DNA of 64,000 nucleotides from the NCBI GenBank assembly GCA_024346625.1, contig AP024666.1:496001-560000 (forward strand), read 5' to 3'. Under the pieces are notes generated by a model, which was given only the letters and a program-made list of their open reading frames with translations, did no database searches and was not told the origin of the DNA. This document shows, in pieces, positions 23,048 through 33,756 of the stretch (within the stretch, counting starts at the first letter, position 1; each line of letters opens with the position of its first letter). Source of the DNA: Williopsis jadinii (lineage: Eukaryota). The translations under genes were made by a program, and so were the position numbers.

Positions 23048-23575
23048 ATTTCCTCCAAGAAAACAAAAATCTTCAGAATGAGTGATCCAAGCAGTGGTTT
23101 CAGCATACAAAACACACACACGGCCTTGGAGGCTAACTAAAGCCCTTTTATGTCTTCCATGACTAAACCAGCTGATATAAAGTGGATGTCTGGTAATGTA
23201 TGGCCAAAAGAAGAAAATTCTCGGGTTTTGGGCTCTAAACAATTTTCGTTTCCGCTTTTGGAAGTATAGCCGGAGAGCTACAAACTCTACACGTTTCACG
23301 TCCACTGCTTGACGAGAGCAATTGATCCTATTGGAAGGGAGCAGTATCAATCGTGTAATGCTCTCTGTGCTCTCTACACAGAGCCTCGATCACAGCGTGG
23401 TTTGGACAAACTGTTCGCTGGCTGGTGGGGGAGAGGGCGGTGTTATATGTCTAAATGTCCGTTGAAGCTATGGGGCGTTGGTCTATGCGAGTAATATATG
23501 ATCTAATCAATTGAACTAAACTGTAGAGAAAGAAAGCAGCATCGTTCTTCTATGTATAGTTTCTAAACCAGATGC

Positions 23576-24865
23576 CTAAACAAAGTATGTGAGGATAGAG
23601 GCTGGAATCTTGCCGGAAGCAGTGAGCTCCTTTGCAACTGCCTCCAAAGTGGACTTTGCCGTGGTGGCATCGGCACCGTTGAGCTTGGAAGCAACGTCTT
23701 GCAACACCAAGTCGTCGAAGGACTCAATCAACAAGTTGATGTCAGCATCGATGGCCTCAGCCTTTGCAGCGTCGCCAAAGTAGTCATTGTCCTTAGCAGC
23801 GTTTCTGATGGCTCTTTTGTTCTTCTTCTTAGCGGACTTGGCAGCTTCCTTGGACTTCTTTGCCTCAGCTTTGGCAGAAGCAGCAGCTTCCTCAGCAGCC
23901 TTCTTAGCAGCAGCCTCTTCAGCTTCCTTCTTGGCCTTGGCCTCGGCTTCAGCACGAGCACCGGCTTCACGTTCCCATTTGATACGTTCCTTCTCCTTCT
24001 TCTCGGCCTCTTTGAACAATTTCATACGAGGATCCTCCTTGAAAGCACGCTCGACAAGTTCCAACAAACGTCTGTTGTCTTCAGTCTTGGCTTTCTTTCT
24101 GGCAGCAACGTTCTTACGCTCAACGTAACGCTTGTGGTCTCTGTTGGAAGAGTCGTCTGGAACGTCCTCGTCCAAGAACTCAAACGTTCTCCAGGAGTCA
24201 AACTTGTACCAGAAGTTGTAGAAGTTTTCAACCTCCGGTTTAGTCGCATCCAATCCACCGAGCTGTGGAACAGGCTGCTTCTTGGAGAATCTTGCCTCGG
24301 CTTCAAAGAATGGGCCCCAAGCCTCAAAGAAGTCGTAGCTGGTCTTTGGAGCTGGTGGCGCAACCTCGGCACCTTCATCAACAGAGTCAAACTGCTGACG
24401 CTTGGTTGGGTCCATCAGCACTTCATACGCCTTCTGAATGATCTTGAAGAATCCATCTTGGCCCAATTGCTTCTCACCCTTCTTGTCAGGGTGGTGCTTC
24501 AAGACAGACTTTCTGTGGGCTCTTCTGATCTGGTCCTCAGTGGCTCTGTATCTCAGATGAGAGATACCCAACACTGCGTACAAATCAGCAGTCTTCCAGT
24601 CACGAGGATCATGCGACAACAATTCCTCGGATTGCTCCTCGTCACCAAGGTCAGCATCCTCATCGGTCTCATCAACAGTAGCAACGTTCTTCTCGGCCTC
24701 GATCTTCTCATACTCAGACCATGTGTGGCCTCTCAAGGCACGGGAGGCATGGGCAAGGAAGTAACGTCCAACTGGCTCGACAGGGCGACGAACTGGGGCA
24801 GAGTATTTGGCAGAGGCCTTGAAGTTCTCAGCACCAAAGTTAGCTGGCAATGAAGGAAGAGACAT
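23576..24865 (-). CDS. ZUO1: Zuotin, ribosome-associated J-protein
   Basis: VEPVGRYFLAHA, J-domain with HPD (KHHPDKK), FDSWRTFEFLDEDVPDDSSNRDHKRY, charged C-terminal region. Confidence 0.96.
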   Translation of the reverse strand: MSLPSLPANFGAENFKASAKYSAPVRRPVEPVGRYFLAHASRALRGHTWSEYEKIEAEKNVATVDETDEDADLGDEEQSEELLSHDPRDWKTADLYAVLGISHLRYRATEDQIRRAHRKSVLKHHPDKKGEKQLGQDGFFKIIQKAYEVLMDPTKRQQFDSVDEGAEVAPPAPKTSYDFFEAWGPFFEAEARFSKKQPVPQLGGLDATKPEVENFYNFWYKFDSWRTFEFLDEDVPDDSSNRDHKRYVERKNVAARKKAKTEDNRRLLELVERAFKEDPRMKLFKEAEKKEKERIKWEREAGARAEAEAKAKKEAEEAAAKKAAEEAAASAKAEAKKSKEAAKSAKKKNKRAIRNAAKDNDYFGDAAKAEAIDADINLLIESFDDLVLQDVASKLNGADATTAKSTLEAVAKELTASGKIPASILTYFV

Positions 24866-25034
24866 TTCGACGTTTAGGGGGTTCTTTTACTGGCTTTTCT
24901 CAATGCTTTTGATGAAGCTTGAAGAGTATTAAAAATTTTTTCCCTCCTCCTCTGCCCATCACCAAATTTTCAGCCAAACGGAGAAGGGCATCGCGGGCAT
25001 AACCCAGCTCAAGCACACTGGGCAGAACAGAGCA

Positions 25035-25814
25035 ATGTCAACGCTGAAACAGGATCTTATTCTATTCGCTGATACAAGCATCATTCCTCGTGGCTCGAAG
25101 GTGTGTGGTACAATCACTCATACACAGGGGACCTCGCCGGCGTGGTTGGTTGAGTCTCTTGTAGAGAACGGGCTCTTTGGAACGTGCAGTATCAATGCTG
25201 ATGGAAAGGCCAGTAGAAGTTTAAGAGGCGATGTTGTTCTCATCTCTCTGGTGCACGACGAAGGGTTTTACGACTTGAAGAGGAACTCTATAGCGTTGGG
25301 CGAAACCCCACAGTTCCACTTTGTCGATCTGTTTACAGACCTCTTTGGCAAAGTTGGCGATGTTGAGCACCTGAACAAGACGTTTGACCAGCTGGCGTCT
25401 CAGATCGACCAGTATACATCAGAGCATAAGACCGTGCTGGTAGAAGGGCTCGAGTTCCTCATCGGGGCTACACAGCTCACGGCGTCGCACATCCTGAACC
25501 AATTGACCAAGTTACAGAGGGTATCGCAGTCAATATTCGTCATCTTGGCAGCTGATAAAGAACTGGTCCAGCTCAAGGTGAACGACAGCTCGTTGATTGA
25601 ATTCAGGATGAATGAGCTGCTCATGAGACTGATTCACCGCTCTCACCTGGCCATTTCTCTAAGACCCCTTGAAACAGGCAAGGCAAAAGACGTCACTGGA
25701 ACGCTAACCATATCCAGAGGTGCACTGCCTTTTGAAGGCTCTACAGAGGTAATGGAGAAGGAGTACCTATTCCTAACGTCCAAAGACCAGCAGACAAAGC
25801 TGTTCCTTAGGTAG
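25035..25814 (+). CDS. ELP6: Elongator complex subunit 6
   Basis: THTQGTSPAWLVESLVE, C-terminal SLRPLETGKAKDVTGTLTISRG, EKEYLF; neighbour of TGL3 as in S. cerevisiae. Confidence 0.85.
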   Translation: MSTLKQDLILFADTSIIPRGSKVCGTITHTQGTSPAWLVESLVENGLFGTCSINADGKASRSLRGDVVLISLVHDEGFYDLKRNSIALGETPQFHFVDLFTDLFGKVGDVEHLNKTFDQLASQIDQYTSEHKTVLVEGLEFLIGATQLTASHILNQLTKLQRVSQSIFVILAADKELVQLKVNDSSLIEFRMNELLMRLIHRSHLAISLRPLETGKAKDVTGTLTISRGALPFEGSTEVMEKEYLFLTSKDQQTKLFLR

Positions 25815-26009
25815 TTGTAGCCAATCACGTTTTGTTCCCTTTGGTTTCATTCCAGCTGTAGTATGTAAACAAGTTATAGCATTCTCTACATCAACTATGG
25901 CGTTGCGTGCGTAATTCGCATGCGAACAAAGGAAACTTGCCAAAGAGCACTTGACGTTGGAATTTGCACAGTTTACAACGAAATTGCACGTCCTCAGTTC
26001 CAATTGACG

Positions 26010-28505
26010 ATGGACAGTACGATCAAGAGGAGACGAGCACGTAAGAGCTGTCTCGTGTGTCGAGAGAAGAAGACAAGAGTGAGTATTGCGCCGGCTTTCT
26101 TGTGAGCGTTGGTTCTAACAAGCTATGGAACGCAGTGCGATCAGCAGAAGCCGATATGTTCTATGTGTAAGAGGAGGAAGTATCCAGGAAAATGTGTTTA
26201 TAAAGAGGATATAGAGGTGGATGAGACAGTGCAACAAGACCAGGAGAACTCGAAAGCTGACCATGATTCTTGGTCGGTGTTGCTTAAAAGGGTGCAGTTA
26301 CTGGAGAACACGCTCAAAGAGCAACAGGGCAAACATCATCAACACCATGGATTCACACCAAGCTGTGGCTCAAATATCCACGACCTTCTCTCCGAGGACA
26401 CCGACTGTCACACTTTGAACTTCAACAATGATGAGTTGCCTGGTACAACCTCAACGTTCACGGGTCCCCTGTCGTGGGTTTCTCTCGTTAGAAAGGACAG
26501 ATACCTCAGCTCCTTCACGTTGACGTTACAGAAGCATCGAAGAGACCACGATTCACAGATACAGAACGATCCCACATGGATCGAGCTCTCAAAGGCGTAT
26601 GCAAAGCACTTTGATTATGAAACTGCGCCTTTGAAGGATGTGAAGCAGTCGTCCATTGTGGAAACTGTGACTGACCTCATGAAGGATAAAAGACTGGTAT
26701 GGCTCCTTGTGGATAAGTTCTTTGACTCAGACTTTGCCCAAGTACTGCCAGTGCTCCTAAGAGAACAGTTCATTGAGCAGGTGGAGTCGCTCATGGGAGG
26801 GAGGAGCGAAGAAGACTCCAAAATCAACTTCACTAGGAGAGACCAATGTCCAATAGCTGGATTACTACTACTGGTGATGAGAATGGCGTCGTTATCAGTT
26901 TACAATATGAAACCATTGACCTCCATGGCAATGTCAGAGGATGATAACTACATCTTCTTGAACCCAGTCACCCGTTCAGCAGTGGAGGCTGCGGACCGGT
27001 GTATCCAGGAGTCTAAGAAGCTGCTCCAGGTTTCCCTACCGTTCTTCCAGCTGTCTTTACTCAAGAGGTACTACGAACTGATAGCACCTGAAGATTATGA
27101 CTGTATGCGAGTGACTCCCCCAGGGAAGTTTGGCGAACTTTTACACTACGCCATACAGTGTTCCTTGAACAGAGATCCCAGCAAAGCTGATAATGGGCTG
27201 AACATATCGGATAACTTTGCAAGAAGACTGTGGTTTATGGTTCTACAGCTCGATATAAACCATCTCATGTTGGTTGGTGGGCCATCTCTTCTAGATGAGA
27301 AGATGTATGATACAGAGCTCCCTCGTTTGAATGAATGTGAATCACCAACAGAATTCATGATGGATAAAAACATCGTTGACTTTGGTGCTTTAGCTGAACA
27401 AGCACACAAAGTATTGACGGATATATTGAGGGTGAGAGATCCACCAACTGTGCGTGAGATCAAGACGAAGCTCCAGCCAATACAGGAAAAAGTTGATCAG
27501 TTCTCAAGTGTTGAAGATATCATCAGTCGGCCATCAATCACGATGCTTGATAGAATGACAAAACTCAAGCAAATGTTCATTCTGGTCAACTCAATATGTG
27601 TTCTCATGATGATTCACTATCATCTTTTCCTATACTACTGCAAACATAACGACCGTGAAAGCGCACTCGATCACTACATCAAAGTGTTGAAGATGACATC
27701 ACGGCTGTACCCTACAATTCTCTTCTTTGACCAAAACAACTCGATGTATGACATGTCGCTCCATTTCGGTTGTGCAGTGCTCTTTGTTCCTAAGCTAGAG
27801 ATGTTCTTACACAAGACTATACATATCTTGTGCAGCATCGTTGCACGTATCAAGACCTTCAAGTTGATCAGCTCTGGGCCTAATGTGAGGAAAATGGCTG
27901 TTATGGACAAGATCGTAACATTGGTATCGGTATCCCTAACGAACATTCTAAAGGCCTTTGAAGTGATGTCCTCCACTCATCTCCACGCTTGGATTGTGAG
28001 TAGAGTTGCATCTTTTGCAGCGAAGAGATTATACACACTCGAGCCAGGTTATTCCCTTGTCCCTACTGAGATAGATTTGGACATAATACGACAGTTCAAT
28101 AGGTCTGGTGACGGTGATGAAATATTCTTCCACTTCACAGAGTGTGATTTGGAGCGTATTTATCAAACGTTATTACCCTTCAGTGAGACGGATAGCAAGA
28201 TTTCATCAACAGGTTTGAAGATCATGCCCGATACCTCAGGTGAAAGCTCAAGATGGTTAATGGAGATGGTGAGAGAGCTGGCTGAAAAGAGGCCGCAAGC
28301 AGAGCCAAATAGCATTCATACATCGGTAACTATGAGCCAAAATGAGAAATTGGGCTCTACAGCTGCAACTGTTAGAAGTCCAATTGCAACAACTACGAGA
28401 TCACCTACAGCTGCAGACGATCCCTTATACGAGACTAACTTGGCAATGACAGATTTCACCAGTGATGAACTGGAGACTTATTTCCTCACACATACTTTTG
28501 GATAG
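26010..28505 (+). CDS. Zn(II)2Cys6 transcription factor, Mrr1/Yrr1-like; exons 26010-26078, 26136-28505
   Basis: A 57-nt intron (GTGAGT...TTCTAAC...CAG, 26079-26135) joins SCLVCREKKTR to CDQQKPICSMC...C, giving a complete Zn cluster; GPLSWVSLVRKD and LNRDP...RRLW middle-homology motifs. Confidence 0.85.
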
Positions 28506-28513
28506 ATACGATA

Positions 28514-30304
28514 CTATGTGAACTTGCGTCTCCTTCTGTTCTCGTGTATATTGTCCAAAGTAAACTCCACTGCACACCTGGTCCACAGGATCGGAAGCAC
28601 TGGCCATACGCTCTTCTCTCCAACCAGGATCCAATATGGAATGTTTTCCATTGTTCTGTGAACATCAAACACCCTACCAAAGTCTCTTACAAGGGTTCTC
28701 AGCTCTGGAACTATTGTAACTTCACTAGAATTCTGTGGCATCTTTTCATCTACTGCCAGTCTCTTTATGAAGCTGAACAGTAATCCTGTTCTATCAAGAA
28801 GTTCAAAGCGATGCTGTAATTCGAGGCCAAATAGCCTTTGCATCATTCTGATGGGCTTCCATCCATTTTGATGTTTTATATCATTGACAATTAACGGAGC
28901 AAGGTATGGTCTTGCTAAAGAAACGATAAAGTTATTCACATTGAACAGCTCAGTAACTCTTGTGTAGGGACTCTCAGCACTGTAGCTTTCACTTCCTTTC
29001 TGAGGTGTTAAGAACTCACATGGCTTGCCATTTGTAAAAGTTGCAGGTACAATATCATTATCGAGGTTTTTAACGTGTAGATCAACATGGTCAGACAACA
29101 CGCCTGTTCCAATCGACGCATATAAAGCCGACCATATGAGAACATTTGGAGTTGTCACGTAGTTAAGTAAGCTGGGAACAGCCTTATCAGTGGGATGGAC
29201 TATGATGTTGAGAATTTTATCTGTTTTCATGTACGCCTCTTCAAAGGTGATATCACCAAGGTGGTCCTTGACATATTTCATGAACACCAATATATCTTGG
29301 GAGTATCCCTTCGTTATCACGTTTTCAATGATGGAGCCATATCTCTCATCAACGTCATTATTCAGACGGTCGATTTGGGATATGGAGTCTGATATGTTTG
29401 TCAATGTCTCCGCAAGTTCCTGGTTTGTCAATGTACAGACAAGTGAGGCAACTACAGCACCAACTGCGCTTCCAGAAATGATTCTGGGTAAAAGCCCTTT
29501 GAAATACAATGCCCTGACAACACCCAAATGGCACAATCCGAACAGTGAGCCACCCTGTAGCACCAAAGCTGTGCTTCCGAAGGCTTGTCTCGCATCATGG
29601 AAGAAGTCCAGCTTCAATTGATTCGACGTGAGCTCATAATCACTGAAGGGAACATCGTCCAAATACTCCAGACAGTGCAACACTTCCGAGATATAGTCTT
29701 CGATAAGTATCTTCGTCCCGGAATACGACCTGTTGAACAGCTCTCTGTTGGATATTCCTCCAAAGTTTCTCAGGAAGGACCCCATTCTGAACAGTTTGAG
29801 CAGCGCATCAAGGTCACCACTCTGCCGTGCCTGCTTCAGAGCCTTGAGTCTTTCCGAGATGAGCCTGTAATCGTATTTCTTCGAAGTGAAGTTGTGTCTC
29901 CACAAGTCTGAGCCATTCAGCCTATCCAGATAGTACGCACCAGCTTGCCACTGCTCGTAGTCCTCGGCAACAAGCAATTTCGTCTTTGCAATGCTCACGG
30001 GGGACTTCCTATGCCATAGATGTACGAGTTTCTGACGCATGGGTTAGTAGATGTAAGGCGTTCACCGCATGGATTCCCGTAGGTTATACTCACTCGTACC
30101 CAGAATGTACTAATGTCGAAGATGAAATCAATAAGCAACCATAATGATGGTGGAATATGGTTCTTTATGTACTCGTTAGTACTCGTGGTCGCCTATGCTG
30201 GGCTCATCACCTACTCTGCCCCCCTCCTCCAAAAAAGAACGAAAGTAACATACAAGTATCAAGGACACAAAGGACAGTACAAATGATCTTGGTTGTACAA
30301 GCAT
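28514..30304 (-). CDS. TGL3: Patatin-family triacylglycerol lipase; exons 30304-30254, 30162-30094, 30031-28514
   Basis: GGSLFGLCHLGV and GSAVG motifs; two introns (GTATGT..TACTAAC..AAG; GTGAGT..TACTAAC..CAG) restore N-terminal MLVQPRSFVLSFVSLILNHIPPSLW...FWVRKL, resembling Tgl3 HIPP..W..FWVQKL. Confidence 0.88.
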
Positions 30305-30458
30305 ACTTCTATGTCTGTTAAGTTACAACAGCTATATTAACTACTAGTGAGGTTTTGAAGACGTTCGTATCTATACGAAACGACAAGTTGTGTCATCTGT
30401 TGGTCTCCGCAAGTCCTACAGCCGTTACGCGACACACCATCCCACGATATCCACTTTA

Positions 30459-32012
30459 CTAACTGTACATGCTATTCTTGGGCTTCATCTGATGGGCATC
30501 AATGGTGCTCTGTAGCATGAGTAGTGTTGAGCGACACGATGCCTGTGCCTGTCCGGTGAAGCTCACCGGGACCTTTGTTTCCAATTGCTTCACCACACGT
30601 GCCAATGGTTCCAGCAAGGGGTGCTTGTCGGTGACGATACACAGAGAAACTGCCTTGAGTTTGGTCATAAGAGTATCGTAGTCAACATCGGTTAAGACGT
30701 CCTTGGAGTCCACAAGATGCTGAATTGCGCCGAGGATGGACTGATACACAACCTTGTCCATTTCCTCCTCTGTAGTCGCCAAAGTCACCGGTGGTAGTTC
30801 ATCCACCAGTAAGGAGAGTGCCAACCACCTTCGAAGCTTAGCAACCACCGTTGACACAGTTGGCACCAGTGTGGAGACAATACGATAGTTGTAGTCGATT
30901 AATTCCGTTAGGGCGATCCATTTGGAGGTGATGAGTTCAAACTTCACATCTCTTATTGATCTGTACTGCCATTGGAGGAGGCCATTGACGATGCGCGTCA
31001 GTGATAGGCTCACGTTAGATGAAAGAACCCTGAAGTCCATCATAACGAATCCCAGTACTTCAATCATCCTCATGAATATATCCTCCCGGTACTCCGATTG
31101 TTTACAGACCAGTTTGGTGATGTATTCCAATTTGGCTATGACAAGGTCGACGCTTTGTCTTTTACACTTTGAATTGAAATCCAGATCATCGTGTGTCAGT
31201 GTCTTCATGGATAATCTATCTTCAGATACTCCCAGGGCTTCTAAAAGTGAATCAATGTCCGATATTGCAAAGGTACGTTGTCTATCCTGGATTGCTTCTG
31301 AACTTCTCTTCACCAGGAAGACACTTGGCTGGTTAACGACTTCAACATCTGTCAACAATGACTGCCCCAGGTTCACAGCGAAACGCGCCACATGTGGTGA
31401 AGATGGATTCTCTTCGTAGCTCCAAGCCTTGTCGAAATAGAAGAAATCCTTCAACCGTGGGTTCTCTTTGTTTTGAGAAAGATACTCGATGTAGGATTCA
31501 TCCTTGAGCACTTCCTTATCCAGCTTACTCTCCAGCAACTTTCTAAACTCTTCCTTTTTCCTGATGATACTCAAAGACTTCGCATCGTCCTGTTCATGGA
31601 GCTCGAATAGCCTAGCACTCTTCTTCCATAGTTTGAGACTGGAATCATCCATTAACTCAGGAATGAGATTCCTCTTTGGTGGTGATCTCAGCATCGCGCA
31701 GCCCTCAATAGCTGAGAAAGGGTTAGCGCCCACCGCTGCTTTGTCGGCGTTCTTACCTCCTAGAAGAACAAGGAGATCATCATCACTATCACCGTCGCTG
31801 TCACTGTCACTATCAGAGATCTTCACCATTAAACTCCCCTTATCCTTCGTTTTAGCCATGTCCACATGCTTCTCCAACGACGGCTTTGATGGAGATGACG
31901 CTGGCGAAGGGCTACCCACGCTCTTTTTCCTTGGAGAGGACAACAGTAGATTTCTGATGTCGTAGCCTGGCTTCGCAGACACTGGTTTCAACCGCTTGGG
32001 TCTCCTTCCCAT
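30459..32012 (-). CDS. 517-aa protein, possible Smc5/6 subunit Nse6/Kre29
   Basis: Long intact ORF; disordered basic/acidic N-terminus followed by a helical domain; short segments (KDFFYF, IDSLLEALGV, VMMDFRV, YNYRIV) resemble Kre29 as recalled. Confidence 0.55.
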   Translation of the reverse strand: MGRRPKRLKPVSAKPGYDIRNLLLSSPRKKSVGSPSPASSPSKPSLEKHVDMAKTKDKGSLMVKISDSDSDSDGDSDDDLLVLLGGKNADKAAVGANPFSAIEGCAMLRSPPKRNLIPELMDDSSLKLWKKSARLFELHEQDDAKSLSIIRKKEEFRKLLESKLDKEVLKDESYIEYLSQNKENPRLKDFFYFDKAWSYEENPSSPHVARFAVNLGQSLLTDVEVVNQPSVFLVKRSSEAIQDRQRTFAISDIDSLLEALGVSEDRLSMKTLTHDDLDFNSKCKRQSVDLVIAKLEYITKLVCKQSEYREDIFMRMIEVLGFVMMDFRVLSSNVSLSLTRIVNGLLQWQYRSIRDVKFELITSKWIALTELIDYNYRIVSTLVPTVSTVVAKLRRWLALSLLVDELPPVTLATTEEEMDKVVYQSILGAIQHLVDSKDVLTDVDYDTLMTKLKAVSLCIVTDKHPLLEPLARVVKQLETKVPVSFTGQAQASCRSTLLMLQSTIDAHQMKPKNSMYS

Positions 32013-32240
32013 TCTTCAATGCCTATTCGATGGCGCTGCTGGCTTGTGTTCGTGATCAAGCGTGGTTCCAATCTGAAGCTAGCGCGTTTTAAGAGAACAT
32101 AAGTGCGGGAACTCCTATAATGGGAACTCGGTGCCACGCGCACACTACGGTGTGTAGAAGCGCTACGGTGTTGATAATTCTACAGTTAAAGTACAGTTCG
32201 CAATTCAGTCGGCACGTTAATCTACTGAGCCATTGTCTTA

Positions 32241-33233
32241 TCACAGCGGTCTTTCTTTTGGCAGGACGATCTTTCCACTCTGTTCTTTTAATCTCATCTG
32301 GACAAGCTTCAACAGCTCGTAGATGATGCTCAAGATAGGAGCCGCCACGCCGTTCTCCCTTGCGATGTCCAGCGCATTACCCAAGATCACCTGTAATTCG
32401 ATCTGGTTGCCCTTTCTGACGTCGACAAGCATCGAAGGCGCGTAGTAGTGACCATCGTCCGAGTGGATCATTCCATGCTTCAAGGATGGGTCCAGGGTGA
32501 CGCCGTCAGACTTCGCAATGGCGATGATCTCATCCATTGCCGGCTCTATGAGGGTCTCGATGCCGCCAAACATGGTCACTCTACCGACGTCGAGGTTGAC
32601 GAGTGCACACACCGTGTTGAACGTCGCGTTGTACAACAGCTTTCTCCAGCGCGTGAACTTGACATCCGGGTCAACGATGCACTTGTTCTGTGGGGTTGAA
32701 TACAGCTTGACGAACTCATCGACTTTCTCCTGCTGAAGCTCTTTACTCACAACGCCGTTATCAAAGTAGCCCACGGTCAAGAAATCAGGGCCGTTTTGAT
32801 GGACCTTGCCGCTGTAGTTGGCAGAGCTGATCATGCTCACACCTGAAAGGACAATATTGCCTGGGAATCTCTTGAACACGGGCTTCTCAATGCCCAGTCC
32901 ATTCTCCAGCAAGACGATAACGGTGTCCTTGGTCACTGCATCCGCGTAGATGTCCTCCACGTTGTATACATCCGGGATGTTCTTCACCACAACAACAACG
33001 TAATCGTAGGGGCCAAACTCAACAGCCTCCTTCACACTCTTCACATAGTGGTTTGGTCTCCAAGAGTCGATCTTCCCATAGTCACACGAGTCCAACTCAT
33101 ACCCGTTGGACTTCACGTGTTCGTAATCGGACTTGATCACCGCAGAGACCTCACAGTCAGCGTTCAGCTGTAACGTGTAGGCTGCGATTACACCCACACC
33201 TCCGAGACCAACAACGAGAACTTTTTTAGGCAT
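32241..33233 (-). CDS. Ketopantoate reductase (ApbA/PanE family)
   Basis: Rossmann VVGLGGVG, LLENGLGIE, RWRKLLYNATFN, PSMLVDVRKG..IELQVILGN. Confidence 0.88.
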   Translation of the reverse strand: MPKKVLVVGLGGVGVIAAYTLQLNADCEVSAVIKSDYEHVKSNGYELDSCDYGKIDSWRPNHYVKSVKEAVEFGPYDYVVVVVKNIPDVYNVEDIYADAVTKDTVIVLLENGLGIEKPVFKRFPGNIVLSGVSMISSANYSGKVHQNGPDFLTVGYFDNGVVSKELQQEKVDEFVKLYSTPQNKCIVDPDVKFTRWRKLLYNATFNTVCALVNLDVGRVTMFGGIETLIEPAMDEIIAIAKSDGVTLDPSLKHGMIHSDDGHYYAPSMLVDVRKGNQIELQVILGNALDIARENGVAAPILSIIYELLKLVQMRLKEQSGKIVLPKERPL

Positions 33234-33402
33234 AATTGACCTTCCAATGGGTACCTTCTTCCTTAAGCTTGATAATTGAACCTCTCAGTGGGAAATGCTT
33301 TAAAGTCTGGCCCGGATGCCCTTTATAACTGCGATATTCGCCGAGGGCTGTCGCATTGGTTTATCAGCGCCCGAACGGCTCCACCTGCGAGATCCAGCTG
33401 TG

Positions 33403-33460
33403 GGTGTTTGGAGTGTGTGGGTGTTTGAGGTGTTCAGGTGTTTGAGGTGTTCAGGTGTTT
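33403..33460. repeat. GGTGTT-core array incl. (GGTGTTTGAGGTGTTCA)x2; telomere/Rap1-site-like
   Basis: Six GGTGTT cores starting at 33403, 33420, 33429, 33437, 33446 and 33454 in the divergent promoter. Confidence 0.75.
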
Positions 33461-33756
33461 AGTTGTCCGGATGGTTCCTAGAAAAATGTCTGGATGTGTC
33501 AAGCGCGCTCCCTCACCAGGTGCCCGAACCGAGACGACCGGGGGACACAACCAACACGCAGCTTTGTTGGGCAACCAGTTAGATTCAGTAACAACACACT
33601 CTCTCTGTCTATGAAGGACTACTTTGTATCCTCCAAGAGTCTTGTTTGAAGCTTCTGACTTTGGAACTACAAACTTTTGTTATATCAACTGATAGCGGAG
33701 GCCCTGTATTGCTGCTGATTGAACGAGAATACTGAGCCGTCGTGCCATCTCTCCCT

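Noticed and set aside
23048..23350. N-terminal extensions from non-ATG starts in the ORF track (YOR1, also PXR1, GAS B, UTR4, PITH)
   Set aside because: Bacterial-style TTG/GTG starts; the first ATG gives family-typical N-termini
23699..24853. 384-aa antisense ORF over ZUO1 (similar shadows over GAS, GSP1 and the bHLH gene)
   Set aside because: Shadow ORF expected from strong codon bias of a highly expressed gene; no ATG start and no motif
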